64,000 nt of DNA, from the NCBI GenBank assembly GCA_035309865.1, contig DATGER010000126.1, positions 284 to 64,283 of the forward strand, read 5' to 3'. This document shows, one piece after another, positions 55,096 through 62,802 of this stretch. Origin of the DNA: Chloroflexota bacterium (lineage in GTDB: Bacteria > Chloroflexota > UBA6077 > CF-72). Position 1 is the first letter of the stretch, and every line of letters begins with the position of its first letter. The notes below the pieces were generated by a model that saw nothing but the letters and a program-made list of their open reading frames with translations, ran no database searches and was not told the DNA's origin. Position numbers and translations under genes: made by a program.

Positions 55096-55734
55096 TCAGG
55101 TCGCGCTGAGGCCGTTCAGGAAAATAGCCGTGACCTCCTGCCCGTAGAGTTCGGCACGTGGAAACCCGGCGCCGATGACCGCGAAGACTTCGCGGCCCAG
55201 GAGGTAGACCACGAGCATGCCCATGAAGGCCCGCGCGGCCGCGCGCGGATCGTGCGGGCGGAGCCGGCCAAGCTCGACCTGGCGGGCGAGGTAGCGCTCG
55301 AGGAAATTCACGACGACCAGCGGCCCGCGTTTGGCGAAGAACTCGGCGACGGACGGATGTCGGGCGGCCTCGGAGAGCAGGATGCGCACGAAGCGACCGA
55401 TCACGGGCTGCTGGACGGTGCGCAGGAAGCCGTCGACGATGCGTGGCAAGACCTGCTCGGGCGGCTGGTCGAGGAGGTTCTCGGCATCGGCGACCACCGC
55501 GAGAAAGGGCGCCATCTCGTCGAGCATGGCTTCGAACAAAGCCTGCTTGTCCTTGAAGTACCAGTAGATCAACGCGGGCGACTTGAGGCCGGCGCGCTCG
55601 GCGATGCGCTTGATGCTCGCGCCGCGGAAGCCGCGCTCGGCCATGACGTGGACGGCCGCATCGAGGATCTGGGCGCGGCGGCCGCCCTCGTCCGCGCCGG
55701 CGGATCCGTTCGCAGGGGCCGCTTGATTGATCAT
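55096..55734 (-). CDS. TetR/AcrR family transcriptional regulator
   Basis: HTH region ERGFRGASIKRIAERAGLKSPALIYWYFKDKQALF. Confidence 0.9.
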   Translation of the reverse strand: MINQAAPANGSAGADEGGRRAQILDAAVHVMAERGFRGASIKRIAERAGLKSPALIYWYFKDKQALFEAMLDEMAPFLAVVADAENLLDQPPEQVLPRIVDGFLRTVQQPVIGRFVRILLSEAARHPSVAEFFAKRGPLVVVNFLERYLARQVELGRLRPHDPRAAARAFMGMLVVYLLGREVFAVIGAGFPRAELYGQEVTAIFLNGLSAT

Positions 55735-55740
55735 TCAATC
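55725..55740. promoter_or_regulatory. Candidate TetR operator palindrome GATTGA-TCAT-TCAATC
   Basis: Perfect 6-bp arms, AT-rich. It overlaps the TetR start codon (55732-55734) and sits in the spacer (8-41 bp, depending on the start chosen for the efflux gene) to the divergent efflux operon. Confidence 0.4.
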
Positions 55741-55775
55741 CAGTGTACGATCGAAGCACCGGTGTCGCAAGTCCG

Positions 55776-56531
55776 ATGACCCAGACGTTGCCCAGGCCCG
55801 AGCAGCCCGTCGCCACCAACGGCCACCTCGCCACCCCACGCCGCGGGCCGCATCGGCCGCCGCGGCGCGTCCTGGTGCCAGTTGGGCTGGTGGTCGTCGT
55901 TGCGGCTGCCGCGGCGTTCCTCCTGCGGCCCGCGGCGTCCGAAGGCAGCCTGACCGCCTCCGGCACCGTCGAAGTCGACGAGGTCATCCTGGCCGCCCAG
56001 GCGCCCGGCCAGATCTCAGAACTGCTGGTCGACGAGGGCGGTCGGGTGGTCGAAGGCCAGGTGGTCGGACGGATCACCGACCCGGTGCTGGACGTGCAGC
56101 TCAAGCAAACGACGGTTGACCCGGCCCAGCAACAGCTGATTCAGGCGCAGGTCTCCAGGCTCGAGCTCCGCGCGCCGCTGAGCGGTGTGGTCCAGAAGCG
56201 ATTGGTGCATAAGGGCGAAGTGGTCGCGGCTGGCACGCCGATCCTGACGGTTGCCGATCCGACCGACCTGAAGCTGACGCTGTATGTCCTGGAGGCGGAG
56301 ATGGGGCGCGTCTTCGTCGGCCAGACCGTCGGCGTGCACGCGGACGCGTTCCCCGATCGGACCTTTGCCGGCCGGGTGCAGACGCTGGCGACCCGGGCCG
56401 AATTCACGCCGCGCAACGTGCAGACCCAGAAGGATCGCCAGAATCTGGTCTTCGCGGTGACGGTGCGGGTGCCCAATCCGGACGGCGCCTTGAAGGCAGG
56501 CCTGCCGGTTGACGCGACGTTTAACCCGTGA
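55776..56531 (+). CDS. HlyD-family periplasmic adaptor (membrane fusion protein)
   Basis: N-terminal TM segment (VLVPVGLVVVVAAAAAFLL). Lipoyl-like and beta-barrel segments (GTVEVDEV...GRITDP...VADPTDLKLTLYV). ATG at 55776, or GTG at 55743. Confidence 0.8.
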   Translation: MTQTLPRPEQPVATNGHLATPRRGPHRPPRRVLVPVGLVVVVAAAAAFLLRPAASEGSLTASGTVEVDEVILAAQAPGQISELLVDEGGRVVEGQVVGRITDPVLDVQLKQTTVDPAQQQLIQAQVSRLELRAPLSGVVQKRLVHKGEVVAAGTPILTVADPTDLKLTLYVLEAEMGRVFVGQTVGVHADAFPDRTFAGRVQTLATRAEFTPRNVQTQKDRQNLVFAVTVRVPNPDGALKAGLPVDATFNP

Positions 56532-57604
56532 TCGAGCGCGTCTGGTCGATCATCTTCAAGGAGTTCATTCAGATCCGCCGCGACCGGTTGACGCTGGCGA
56601 TCGCGCTGGCCATGCCGCTGATGCAGTTGATCCTCTTCGGCTACGCGATCAACACCACCGTCGACCACATCGCGACCGTCGTGCTCGACCAGGCGCGCGA
56701 TGCCCAGAGCCGCACGTTCATCAACACCTTCTTCAACACCGGCTACTTCGATCTGATCGATCAGGTCGGCAGTCTCGAGCAGGTGCGCCAGGCGATCGAT
56801 ACCGGCAGCGCGCGGGTGGGCATCGTGGTGCCGCCGGACTTTTCGCATGACCTGGTTGCCGGGCGAGCACCGCAAGCCCAACTGGTCATCGACGGCTCCG
56901 ATCCGAATACGGCCACCACCGCGCTGCTGGTCGGCGGGACGCTGGGCCAGCGCGCCGGGCTGGCCATCGACATCCGGCCGGTGGTCCTCTACAACCCGAG
57001 CCTGCAAAGCATCAACTTCATGATCCCGGGGCTGCTCGGCCTGATCCTGCAGTTCCAGACCCTGCTGCTCACCGCGTTCGCGGTGGTCCGCGAACGCGAG
57101 CGGGGCACGCTCGAACAACTGGTGGTGACGCCGGTCAAGCCCTGGGAGCTGATGCTCGGCAAGATCCTGCCGTATGTCGGGATAGGTTTCGCCAACGTCT
57201 TCCTGGCCAGCGCGATCGGGCGATTCTGGTTCGGGGTCGAGTTCGCCGGTAGTTTTGTGCTGTTGCTGGCGCTGGCGGCCATGTTCCTGCTCAGCTCGCT
57301 CGGCCTGGGCCTGCTGGTGTCGACCGTGGCGCGGTCGCAAACGCAGGCCATGCAGATGGCGCTGTTCATCATGCTGCCGTCGATTATCCTGTCGGGCTTC
57401 GTGTTTCCGCGCGAGGGCATGCCGCATCCGATTCGCGAGCTGGGGCTACTGATTCCGCTGACGTACTTCCTGCAGATCTTGCGCGGGATCATTCTCAAAG
57501 GCGTCGGACTCGACGTGCTCTGGCCGCCCGTGCTGGCGTTGGGCGCGTTTGGGCTGATCGTCTTCGGCTTGAGCGCCAACCGGTTCCGCAAGACGATGGA
57601 CTGA
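56528..57604 (+). CDS. ABC-2 type transporter permease
   Basis: GTGA overlap with the adaptor stop. Six TM segments with a large first loop. IFKEFIQIRRDRLTL N-terminus is typical of ABC-2 / YhhJ-like permeases. Confidence 0.85.
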   Translation: MIERVWSIIFKEFIQIRRDRLTLAIALAMPLMQLILFGYAINTTVDHIATVVLDQARDAQSRTFINTFFNTGYFDLIDQVGSLEQVRQAIDTGSARVGIVVPPDFSHDLVAGRAPQAQLVIDGSDPNTATTALLVGGTLGQRAGLAIDIRPVVLYNPSLQSINFMIPGLLGLILQFQTLLLTAFAVVRERERGTLEQLVVTPVKPWELMLGKILPYVGIGFANVFLASAIGRFWFGVEFAGSFVLLLALAAMFLLSSLGLGLLVSTVARSQTQAMQMALFIMLPSIILSGFVFPREGMPHPIRELGLLIPLTYFLQILRGIILKGVGLDVLWPPVLALGAFGLIVFGLSANRFRKTMD

Positions 57605-57607
57605 GGC

Positions 57608-58543
57608 ATGCCGGTGGCTGTCGAAGCGCGCGAACTGTCAAAGACGTATGGGCATCTGATTGCCGTCGACAAGCTGTCGCTCGAGATCAACGCGGGCGAA
57701 GTCTTTGCGTTTCTGGGGCCGAACGGTTCGGGCAAGACGACGACGATCCGCATGCTGTGCGGCATCATCACCCCCAGTAGCGGCGCGGGCAGTGTGCTCG
57801 GGTTCGATATCGCGACCCAGAGCGAGTCGATCAAGGCGCGCATTGGCTACATGTCGCAGCGATTTTCGCTGTACGAAGACCTCACGGTGTACGAGAACCT
57901 GGAGTTCTATGCGGGTATCTACCGGGTAGGCGGCGGGCGGCGTGCCGAGCGCGTGAGCGAGCTGATCGCGATGGCTGGGCTGACCGGGCGCGAACGACAG
58001 CTCGCGGGCCAGCTTTCGGGTGGCTGGAAGCAGCGTCTGGCGCTTGGGTGCGCGATCGTTCACCAGCCGCCGCTGCTGTTCCTGGACGAGCCAACCGCCG
58101 GCGTCGATCCGGTGTCACGGCGGAGTTTCTGGACGTTGATCTACGGTCTGGCCCGCGGCGGAGTGACGATTTTCCTGACCACGCACTACATCGACGAAGC
58201 GGAGCACGCCGACCGGGTGGCGCTGATGGTCAACGGGCGCATGGTGGCGCTCGCTCCGCCCCGGGAGCTGCGCGAGACGGGCCTCGACGGCACGCTGTGG
58301 GAAGTCGACTGTGAGCCCGCCGTCGAGGCGCTCGAGCTGTTGCCGGGCGTTCCAGGGGTGCGCGAAACGACGCTGTACGGGACGCTGCTGCACGTGCTGG
58401 TGGGGGACGATCTGTCGCCGGAGCGTCTGGCTGGCGTGCTGCGCGAGCGGGGCATCCAGGTCACCGCCGTGCGCGAGATCAAGCCGACTCTCGAGGACGT
58501 CTTCGTTTCCCGTATCCGCGCTGGCGATGCTGGTTCGCGCTAA
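57608..58543 (+). CDS. ABC transporter ATP-binding protein (ABC-2 / DrrA-like)
   Basis: Walker A GPNGSGKTT, signature LSGGWKQR, Walker B LFLDEPTAG. Confidence 0.9.
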   Translation: MPVAVEARELSKTYGHLIAVDKLSLEINAGEVFAFLGPNGSGKTTTIRMLCGIITPSSGAGSVLGFDIATQSESIKARIGYMSQRFSLYEDLTVYENLEFYAGIYRVGGGRRAERVSELIAMAGLTGRERQLAGQLSGGWKQRLALGCAIVHQPPLLFLDEPTAGVDPVSRRSFWTLIYGLARGGVTIFLTTHYIDEAEHADRVALMVNGRMVALAPPRELRETGLDGTLWEVDCEPAVEALELLPGVPGVRETTLYGTLLHVLVGDDLSPERLAGVLRERGIQVTAVREIKPTLEDVFVSRIRAGDAGSR

Positions 58544-58640
58544 CCCGGGGCCGTCCTGACCAGGGGGACGTCCATGCACAGCCGTCCAGCGCGGACCGCC
58601 AGAGCGGCGTTCGAGATCACCCAGGGCATGGCGACCGGGC

Positions 58641-58955
58641 ATGCCCATCGGCGTGCAGGTCGTCTACGTGTTCGATGGCAACATCGGGCTGGATCTGCCG
58701 AACCATCTGGCGATGATCGTGCTGTTCGAGGCGACGACCAGCGCCACCTGCTGCGTGATGGACGGGACGTACCTCACCGGCATTCGCACGGCAGCTCCGT
58801 CAGCGCGCATGCTCAGCCGTAGGGATGCCCGCGTCGCCACCGTCATTGGCGCTGGCGTGTAGGGCCGCGAGCACCTGCGACTGCTGCCGCGCGCACGCGC
58901 TCTGGAGCGGATCAACGTGTGCTCGCTGCATGCCGACGAGGCGCCTACTCGGTGA
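58641..58955 (+). pseudogene. Ornithine cyclodeaminase/mu-crystallin family remnant (truncated at both ends, internal TAG)
   Basis: GVQVVYVFDGN...MDGTYLTGIRTAAPSA...VATVIGAGV[TAG]GREHLRLL...INVCSLHADEA matches only the central third of the family, including the GxGxQ Rossmann motif with Gln replaced by a stop. No N- or C-terminal parts follow in any frame. Confidence 0.6.
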
Positions 58956-59243
58956 CGCGGCGACGGAACGGGATTACGTTCGCGGGTAACGGCGTGGGGG
59001 ACGCTGGCGTGGGCCACTCCGCGGCCAGCAAGCGCAAGGTTAGCGCGAGCTGGTCATGGAGTGACAGGCACCGCACGGCGCGCGCCACCGCCGGCTCGTC
59101 GGCGACGACCGCTTGCATCCAGAACAACCGTTGCCATGTCGCGTCTGGCGAAAGCACCCGCCACTCCGTTTCGTCGCGTCGGCCGAACGCCCGTTCTGGA
59201 CTATATTCGGCCTGTCGCTGGCTGCACTACCCTGTCACACGCT

Positions 59244-60437
59244 ATGCGCATTTCGCGGGTGCAGACATTCTTGTGCGACGCCGGGTGGCGACCGTGGACC
59301 TTTGTGAAGGTCGAGACGGACGATGGGTTGGTCGGTTGGGGCGAGTGCAGCGACACCCGTAATCCGCACGGCGTCGCGGGCTGTGTGCGTGATTTCGAGG
59401 GTCTACTCGTCGGCGAGGACCCGCGGGTCGTCGAGCGGCTGTACTGGGACATGCTGCGCGCTTCGCGTCAGAATCTGGGCGGGGTCTCGCACAAGGCCAT
59501 CGCCGGTGTGGAGCTGGCACTCTGGGACATCAAGGCCAAGGCGCTCGGCGTGCCGGTGTACGAGTTGTTTGGTGGACCGCTCCGCGACCGCATGCAGTTG
59601 TATTGGTCGCACTGCGGGACCACTCGCGCGAGGTACGGCGAGGTGCTGGGACTCCCGCCGCTGCGCACCTACGACGACGTCGTAGCGCTGGGGCGAGAGG
59701 TCGTCGCGCGGGGGTTCAGGGCGCTCAAGACGAACATCGTGATTCCTGGCGATCCCGCGTCGACCTATTTCCCGGGCTTTGCGCGAGGTGCGAGTACCAC
59801 CGACGGCGTGGTGAGCGTGGAGGTCCTGAACCAGATCGAGCAGCTCATCGCCGCGTTCAGCACGGGCGTCGGACCTGGCATGCAGATCGCCCTCGACCTG
59901 AATTACAACTTCCGCCCCGAGGGTGTGATCAAGATCGGACGACTGCTCGAACGCTTCCCGCTGCAGTGGATCGAATACGACACCTGGGATCCGCACGCCC
60001 TGCTCCAGGTCAAGGAAGCCATCCCGCACAGCCTGGCGTCGTGCGAGAGCCTCGTCAGCACGCGACAGTATCGCCCGTTCCTCGAACTGCAGGCGATGGA
60101 TACCGCGATCATCGACGTCCCGTGGAACGGGTTCGGGCAGGCGTACATCATTGGCCAGATGGCCGACGCCTACGAGTTGACGGTCGCGCCCCACAACTAC
60201 TACAGCCACCTGGCCGACCTGCACGCGATCCACCTCTGCGCCGTGCTGCCGAACGTGCGAATCATGGAGATCGACATCGACGACGTTCCCTGGAAACGCG
60301 ATCTGGTGACGATCCCGCCGACGATCACGGACGGGTGCATTCTGGTGCCGACGGGGCCAGGCTGGGGCGCGGATATCGACGAGGAAGTCCTACGGGCGCA
60401 TCCATGGGAGCCCGGGCCGCGACGGGTTGGGTACTGA
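59244..60437 (+). CDS. Enolase-superfamily enzyme (mandelate racemase / sugar-acid dehydratase-like)
   Basis: ATG at 59244 (MRISRVQTFLCDAGWRPWTFVKVETDDGLVGWGE). AIAGVELALWDIKAK, and metal-ligand regions IEYD and ESLV. Confidence 0.85.
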   Translation: MRISRVQTFLCDAGWRPWTFVKVETDDGLVGWGECSDTRNPHGVAGCVRDFEGLLVGEDPRVVERLYWDMLRASRQNLGGVSHKAIAGVELALWDIKAKALGVPVYELFGGPLRDRMQLYWSHCGTTRARYGEVLGLPPLRTYDDVVALGREVVARGFRALKTNIVIPGDPASTYFPGFARGASTTDGVVSVEVLNQIEQLIAAFSTGVGPGMQIALDLNYNFRPEGVIKIGRLLERFPLQWIEYDTWDPHALLQVKEAIPHSLASCESLVSTRQYRPFLELQAMDTAIIDVPWNGFGQAYIIGQMADAYELTVAPHNYYSHLADLHAIHLCAVLPNVRIMEIDIDDVPWKRDLVTIPPTITDGCILVPTGPGWGADIDEEVLRAHPWEPGPRRVGY

Positions 60438-60446
60438 CTCAGCTGG

Positions 60447-61394
60447 TTACTGCGGGTGGGTGCGGACCCAGTCGACGTACTCGGCCAGACCGCGCTCGAC
60501 ACCGAACTCGGGCTGGTAGCCAAGCTCGGTCGAGATGCGGCTGAGGTCCATGTAGCGGTTGTCGGCGTCACCGCCGGGTAACAACTCGGCGTGGAACTCG
60601 GGGACGACCTCGCGAATCGCGCTGACGAGGTCTGCGTTGCGTGTCGCTTGGCCGCTGCCGACGTTGTAGATGCGGTGGCGCAGCGTCGGCGCGGCATGCA
60701 CGAGCTGGATGCCGAGCGCGCTGTCCTTGACGTAACACACGTCGCCACCGTCACCTGCCTTCGGTGGGCCGGCGCGCATGCCACTGAAGTCGGGCGGCCT
60801 GGCGTGTGCGGCCGCGTGGACGAGGCGGCTGGGGAGATTGGACATCGAGTGGTACAGCGGGCCGAAGATCCCGGCGATGCGCAGCATCACGACGTCGAGA
60901 CCGGTGCGCCGGCCGAAGTACAGCCCGAGCACTTCGAGGGCCTTTTTGTAGGCCTCGGTCGGATTGGTCGACACCGTCGACACGGCGGCGTCTTCATGCC
61001 AGGGTCGCTCGGCGACGTTGGAGTAAATCGCGACGGAACTGGTGACCGTGAGCCGGCGTACGCCCGTGGCGCGGCTGGCCTCGAGGACGTTCAGATAGCC
61101 CTGCGTATTGGTCTGGAATTCGTCGGCGGGCGAAACGCCCTGCAGCGAGGGCACCACCAGATACACCACGCCCTCCACGCCGTGGCGCTGAATGACGTCG
61201 GTCACCCTGGCGCTGTCGAGGACGTCGAGTTGTTCGACCTGGGCCCGCGCGCCGACGTCGGCCGCGAGAAAATCGGGTTCGCGTCGGTGCTGGTGGTAGG
61301 TCAGTACGACGTCCTGGCCAGCATCGAGGAAGCGTCGGGCGGTGTGCAGGCCGATGAAGCCCATGCCACCGATCAGCAGTGTTGGTCCAGCCAT
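60447..61394 (-). CDS. NAD-dependent epimerase/dehydratase (extended SDR)
   Basis: Rossmann motif IGGMGFIGLH, and YKKALE (YxxxK). Confidence 0.85.
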   Translation of the reverse strand: MAGPTLLIGGMGFIGLHTARRFLDAGQDVVLTYHQHRREPDFLAADVGARAQVEQLDVLDSARVTDVIQRHGVEGVVYLVVPSLQGVSPADEFQTNTQGYLNVLEASRATGVRRLTVTSSVAIYSNVAERPWHEDAAVSTVSTNPTEAYKKALEVLGLYFGRRTGLDVVMLRIAGIFGPLYHSMSNLPSRLVHAAAHARPPDFSGMRAGPPKAGDGGDVCYVKDSALGIQLVHAAPTLRHRIYNVGSGQATRNADLVSAIREVVPEFHAELLPGGDADNRYMDLSRISTELGYQPEFGVERGLAEYVDWVRTHPQ

Positions 61395-61409
61395 TGGCGA
61401 ACAGCTCTC

Positions 61410-62405
61410 CTACAGATCGAGCGTGCTGGGGGCGAAGATCTCGTCCATCGGCATGACGCGCGGTGTCAGGCCCTGCTCGTGAGAGTACTGGGCCACGGTT
61501 TCCAGGACCTTCTGGTTGGACTTGACGCCGTAGGGGTAGGGATCGGCCGCGAGGGCCGTGCGCGCGTCCGGCCCGAGCAGGCCCAGCTCGACGTGGGTCG
61601 AGACCAGCTCTTGCATGCGCGCCGCGGCTCGCTCCTTGGCTTTCCGAAACGCGTTGAACAGGTTGAGCGGCACCCAGGGGTGTTTTTCGAAGATCGACCG
61701 TCGGATGACCATGCCGTGGTTGATCGGGAAAATCCCGGTCTTGGCGAAGTAGCGCTGCCCCTCGGCGACGGGGTTGGGAAACAGCAGGCGGAAGGCCGGG
61801 TTGCCTTCGAGGGTGATGCGGCTGCGATCGACCAGATTGTTGTCTGTGATATACAGCAGCGTCGCGTCGAGCTTGCCGTCCGTGAGCAGTGAGCCGATGC
61901 TCTGATCACCGGGTATGCGATTGAAGCGGATGCCGGCTGGCGGTTTGAAGCCCGTCGCACCGCCGTGGCTGCGCTCTTCGGTGCGTTCCATCCACCAGTC
62001 GAGGTCTTCGGCCTCGACCCCGAATTCGTGCTTCAGGACGCCGCGCGACCAGAGGGCGGCGGTCTGCTGGTACTCGGGCACCCCGACCCGCTTGCCCTTG
62101 AGGTCCTGTGGACGCTCGATGCCGCTGGCGGCGCGCACCCAGATGCCTGTGTGATAGAAGCGCCGTGAAGTGAAGATAGGCAGGCCAATCCAGTCGCGAT
62201 TGCCGTTCGCCATTATCATGAGCAGCGACGACAACGACATCTCCGAGACGTCGAACTCTTGAAAGTGCAGTTGACGCCAGAAAATCTCAGACGGGTGGGC
62301 GACCGTTCCTGTGAGCTCGATGCCGTCGGGCTGCACGGTGCCTTCGAGGACGGGGCGCGATCGATCGTTGGCCCCCATAATAAGACTGAGCTGTAACGCG
62401 GCCAT
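61410..62405 (-). CDS. NMT1/THI5-like periplasmic-binding-fold protein (family often annotated 4,5-dihydroxyphthalate decarboxylase)
   Basis: ATG at 62405 (MAALQLSLIMGANDRSRPVLEGTVQPDGIEL...FQEFDVSEMSLSS). No signal peptide. The upstream 104 codons of the track ORF look noncoding. Confidence 0.65.
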   Translation of the reverse strand: MAALQLSLIMGANDRSRPVLEGTVQPDGIELTGTVAHPSEIFWRQLHFQEFDVSEMSLSSLLMIMANGNRDWIGLPIFTSRRFYHTGIWVRAASGIERPQDLKGKRVGVPEYQQTAALWSRGVLKHEFGVEAEDLDWWMERTEERSHGGATGFKPPAGIRFNRIPGDQSIGSLLTDGKLDATLLYITDNNLVDRSRITLEGNPAFRLLFPNPVAEGQRYFAKTGIFPINHGMVIRRSIFEKHPWVPLNLFNAFRKAKERAAARMQELVSTHVELGLLGPDARTALAADPYPYGVKSNQKVLETVAQYSHEQGLTPRVMPMDEIFAPSTLDL

Positions 62406-62445
62406 TGGCCCAGAATAGTCTAGATAGGAATGCGAGGGATTCGAC

Positions 62446-62754
62446 GTGTCGCCTGAGGAATACCTGGCCATCCCGTACGTCCTGGTTGTCGAGTCCGTCG
62501 AAGGCCCGGACGGGCAGTGGTTCAGACGTGCGATGTACCCGGAGCTCGGCATTTCGGGCGAGGCGCTGTCGCCTCTGGACGCGATCGCCAAGCTGGAAGA
62601 GGCTCGCGTGTCCACGATTCTCGGCAAGCTCGAACGTGGCGAGCCCGTCCCGGTGCCACGGCCGCCGCTGCGTGAAGAGATCGGTGGTCTCGATGCGCAA
62701 AAGCTCGGCTTCGCCAAATGGCTGGTCGACCAGAAGCGCGTGGGAGATCAGTAA
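62446..62754 (+). CDS. HicB-like (UPF0150) antitoxin-fold protein, no HicA partner
   Basis: GTG start. YVLVVESVEGPDGQWFRRAMYPELGISGEALSPLDAIAKLEEA...GEPVPVPRP follows the HicB N-domain pattern. Confidence 0.5.
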   Translation: MSPEEYLAIPYVLVVESVEGPDGQWFRRAMYPELGISGEALSPLDAIAKLEEARVSTILGKLERGEPVPVPRPPLREEIGGLDAQKLGFAKWLVDQKRVGDQ

Positions 62755-62802
62755 GCCCGAAATTCTCTTCAGCAGGTCCGGCCGCGGGCCGATGATGAAC
62801 GT

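Noticed and set aside
54794-56104. 436-aa minus-strand ORF spanning PhyH, TetR and HlyD regions
   Set aside because: It crosses three well-supported genes in other frames and strands. It has extreme Arg/Pro/Ala/Gly composition and no motifs.
56141-57427. 428-aa minus-strand ORF
   Set aside because: Antisense to the ABC-2 permease. It is highly charged (R/E/D/Q/H-rich) low-complexity sequence, whereas the sense frame gives clean TM helices.
58860-58862. In-frame TAG in the cyclodeaminase-like sequence as a possible pyrrolysine or read-through codon
   Set aside because: The surrounding gene lacks its N- and C-terminal thirds and has a second stop 90 nt later. No pyl genes are visible. The simplest reading is a pseudogene remnant.
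60591-61892. 433-aa plus-strand ORF
   Set aside because: Antisense to the epimerase and NMT1-like genes, both of which have clear family motifs. Its composition is that of a shadow frame.
62406-62802. Search for a HicA toxin partner of the HicB-like gene
   Set aside because: The flanking spacers are only 40 and 48 bp and contain no plausible small ORF on either strand.
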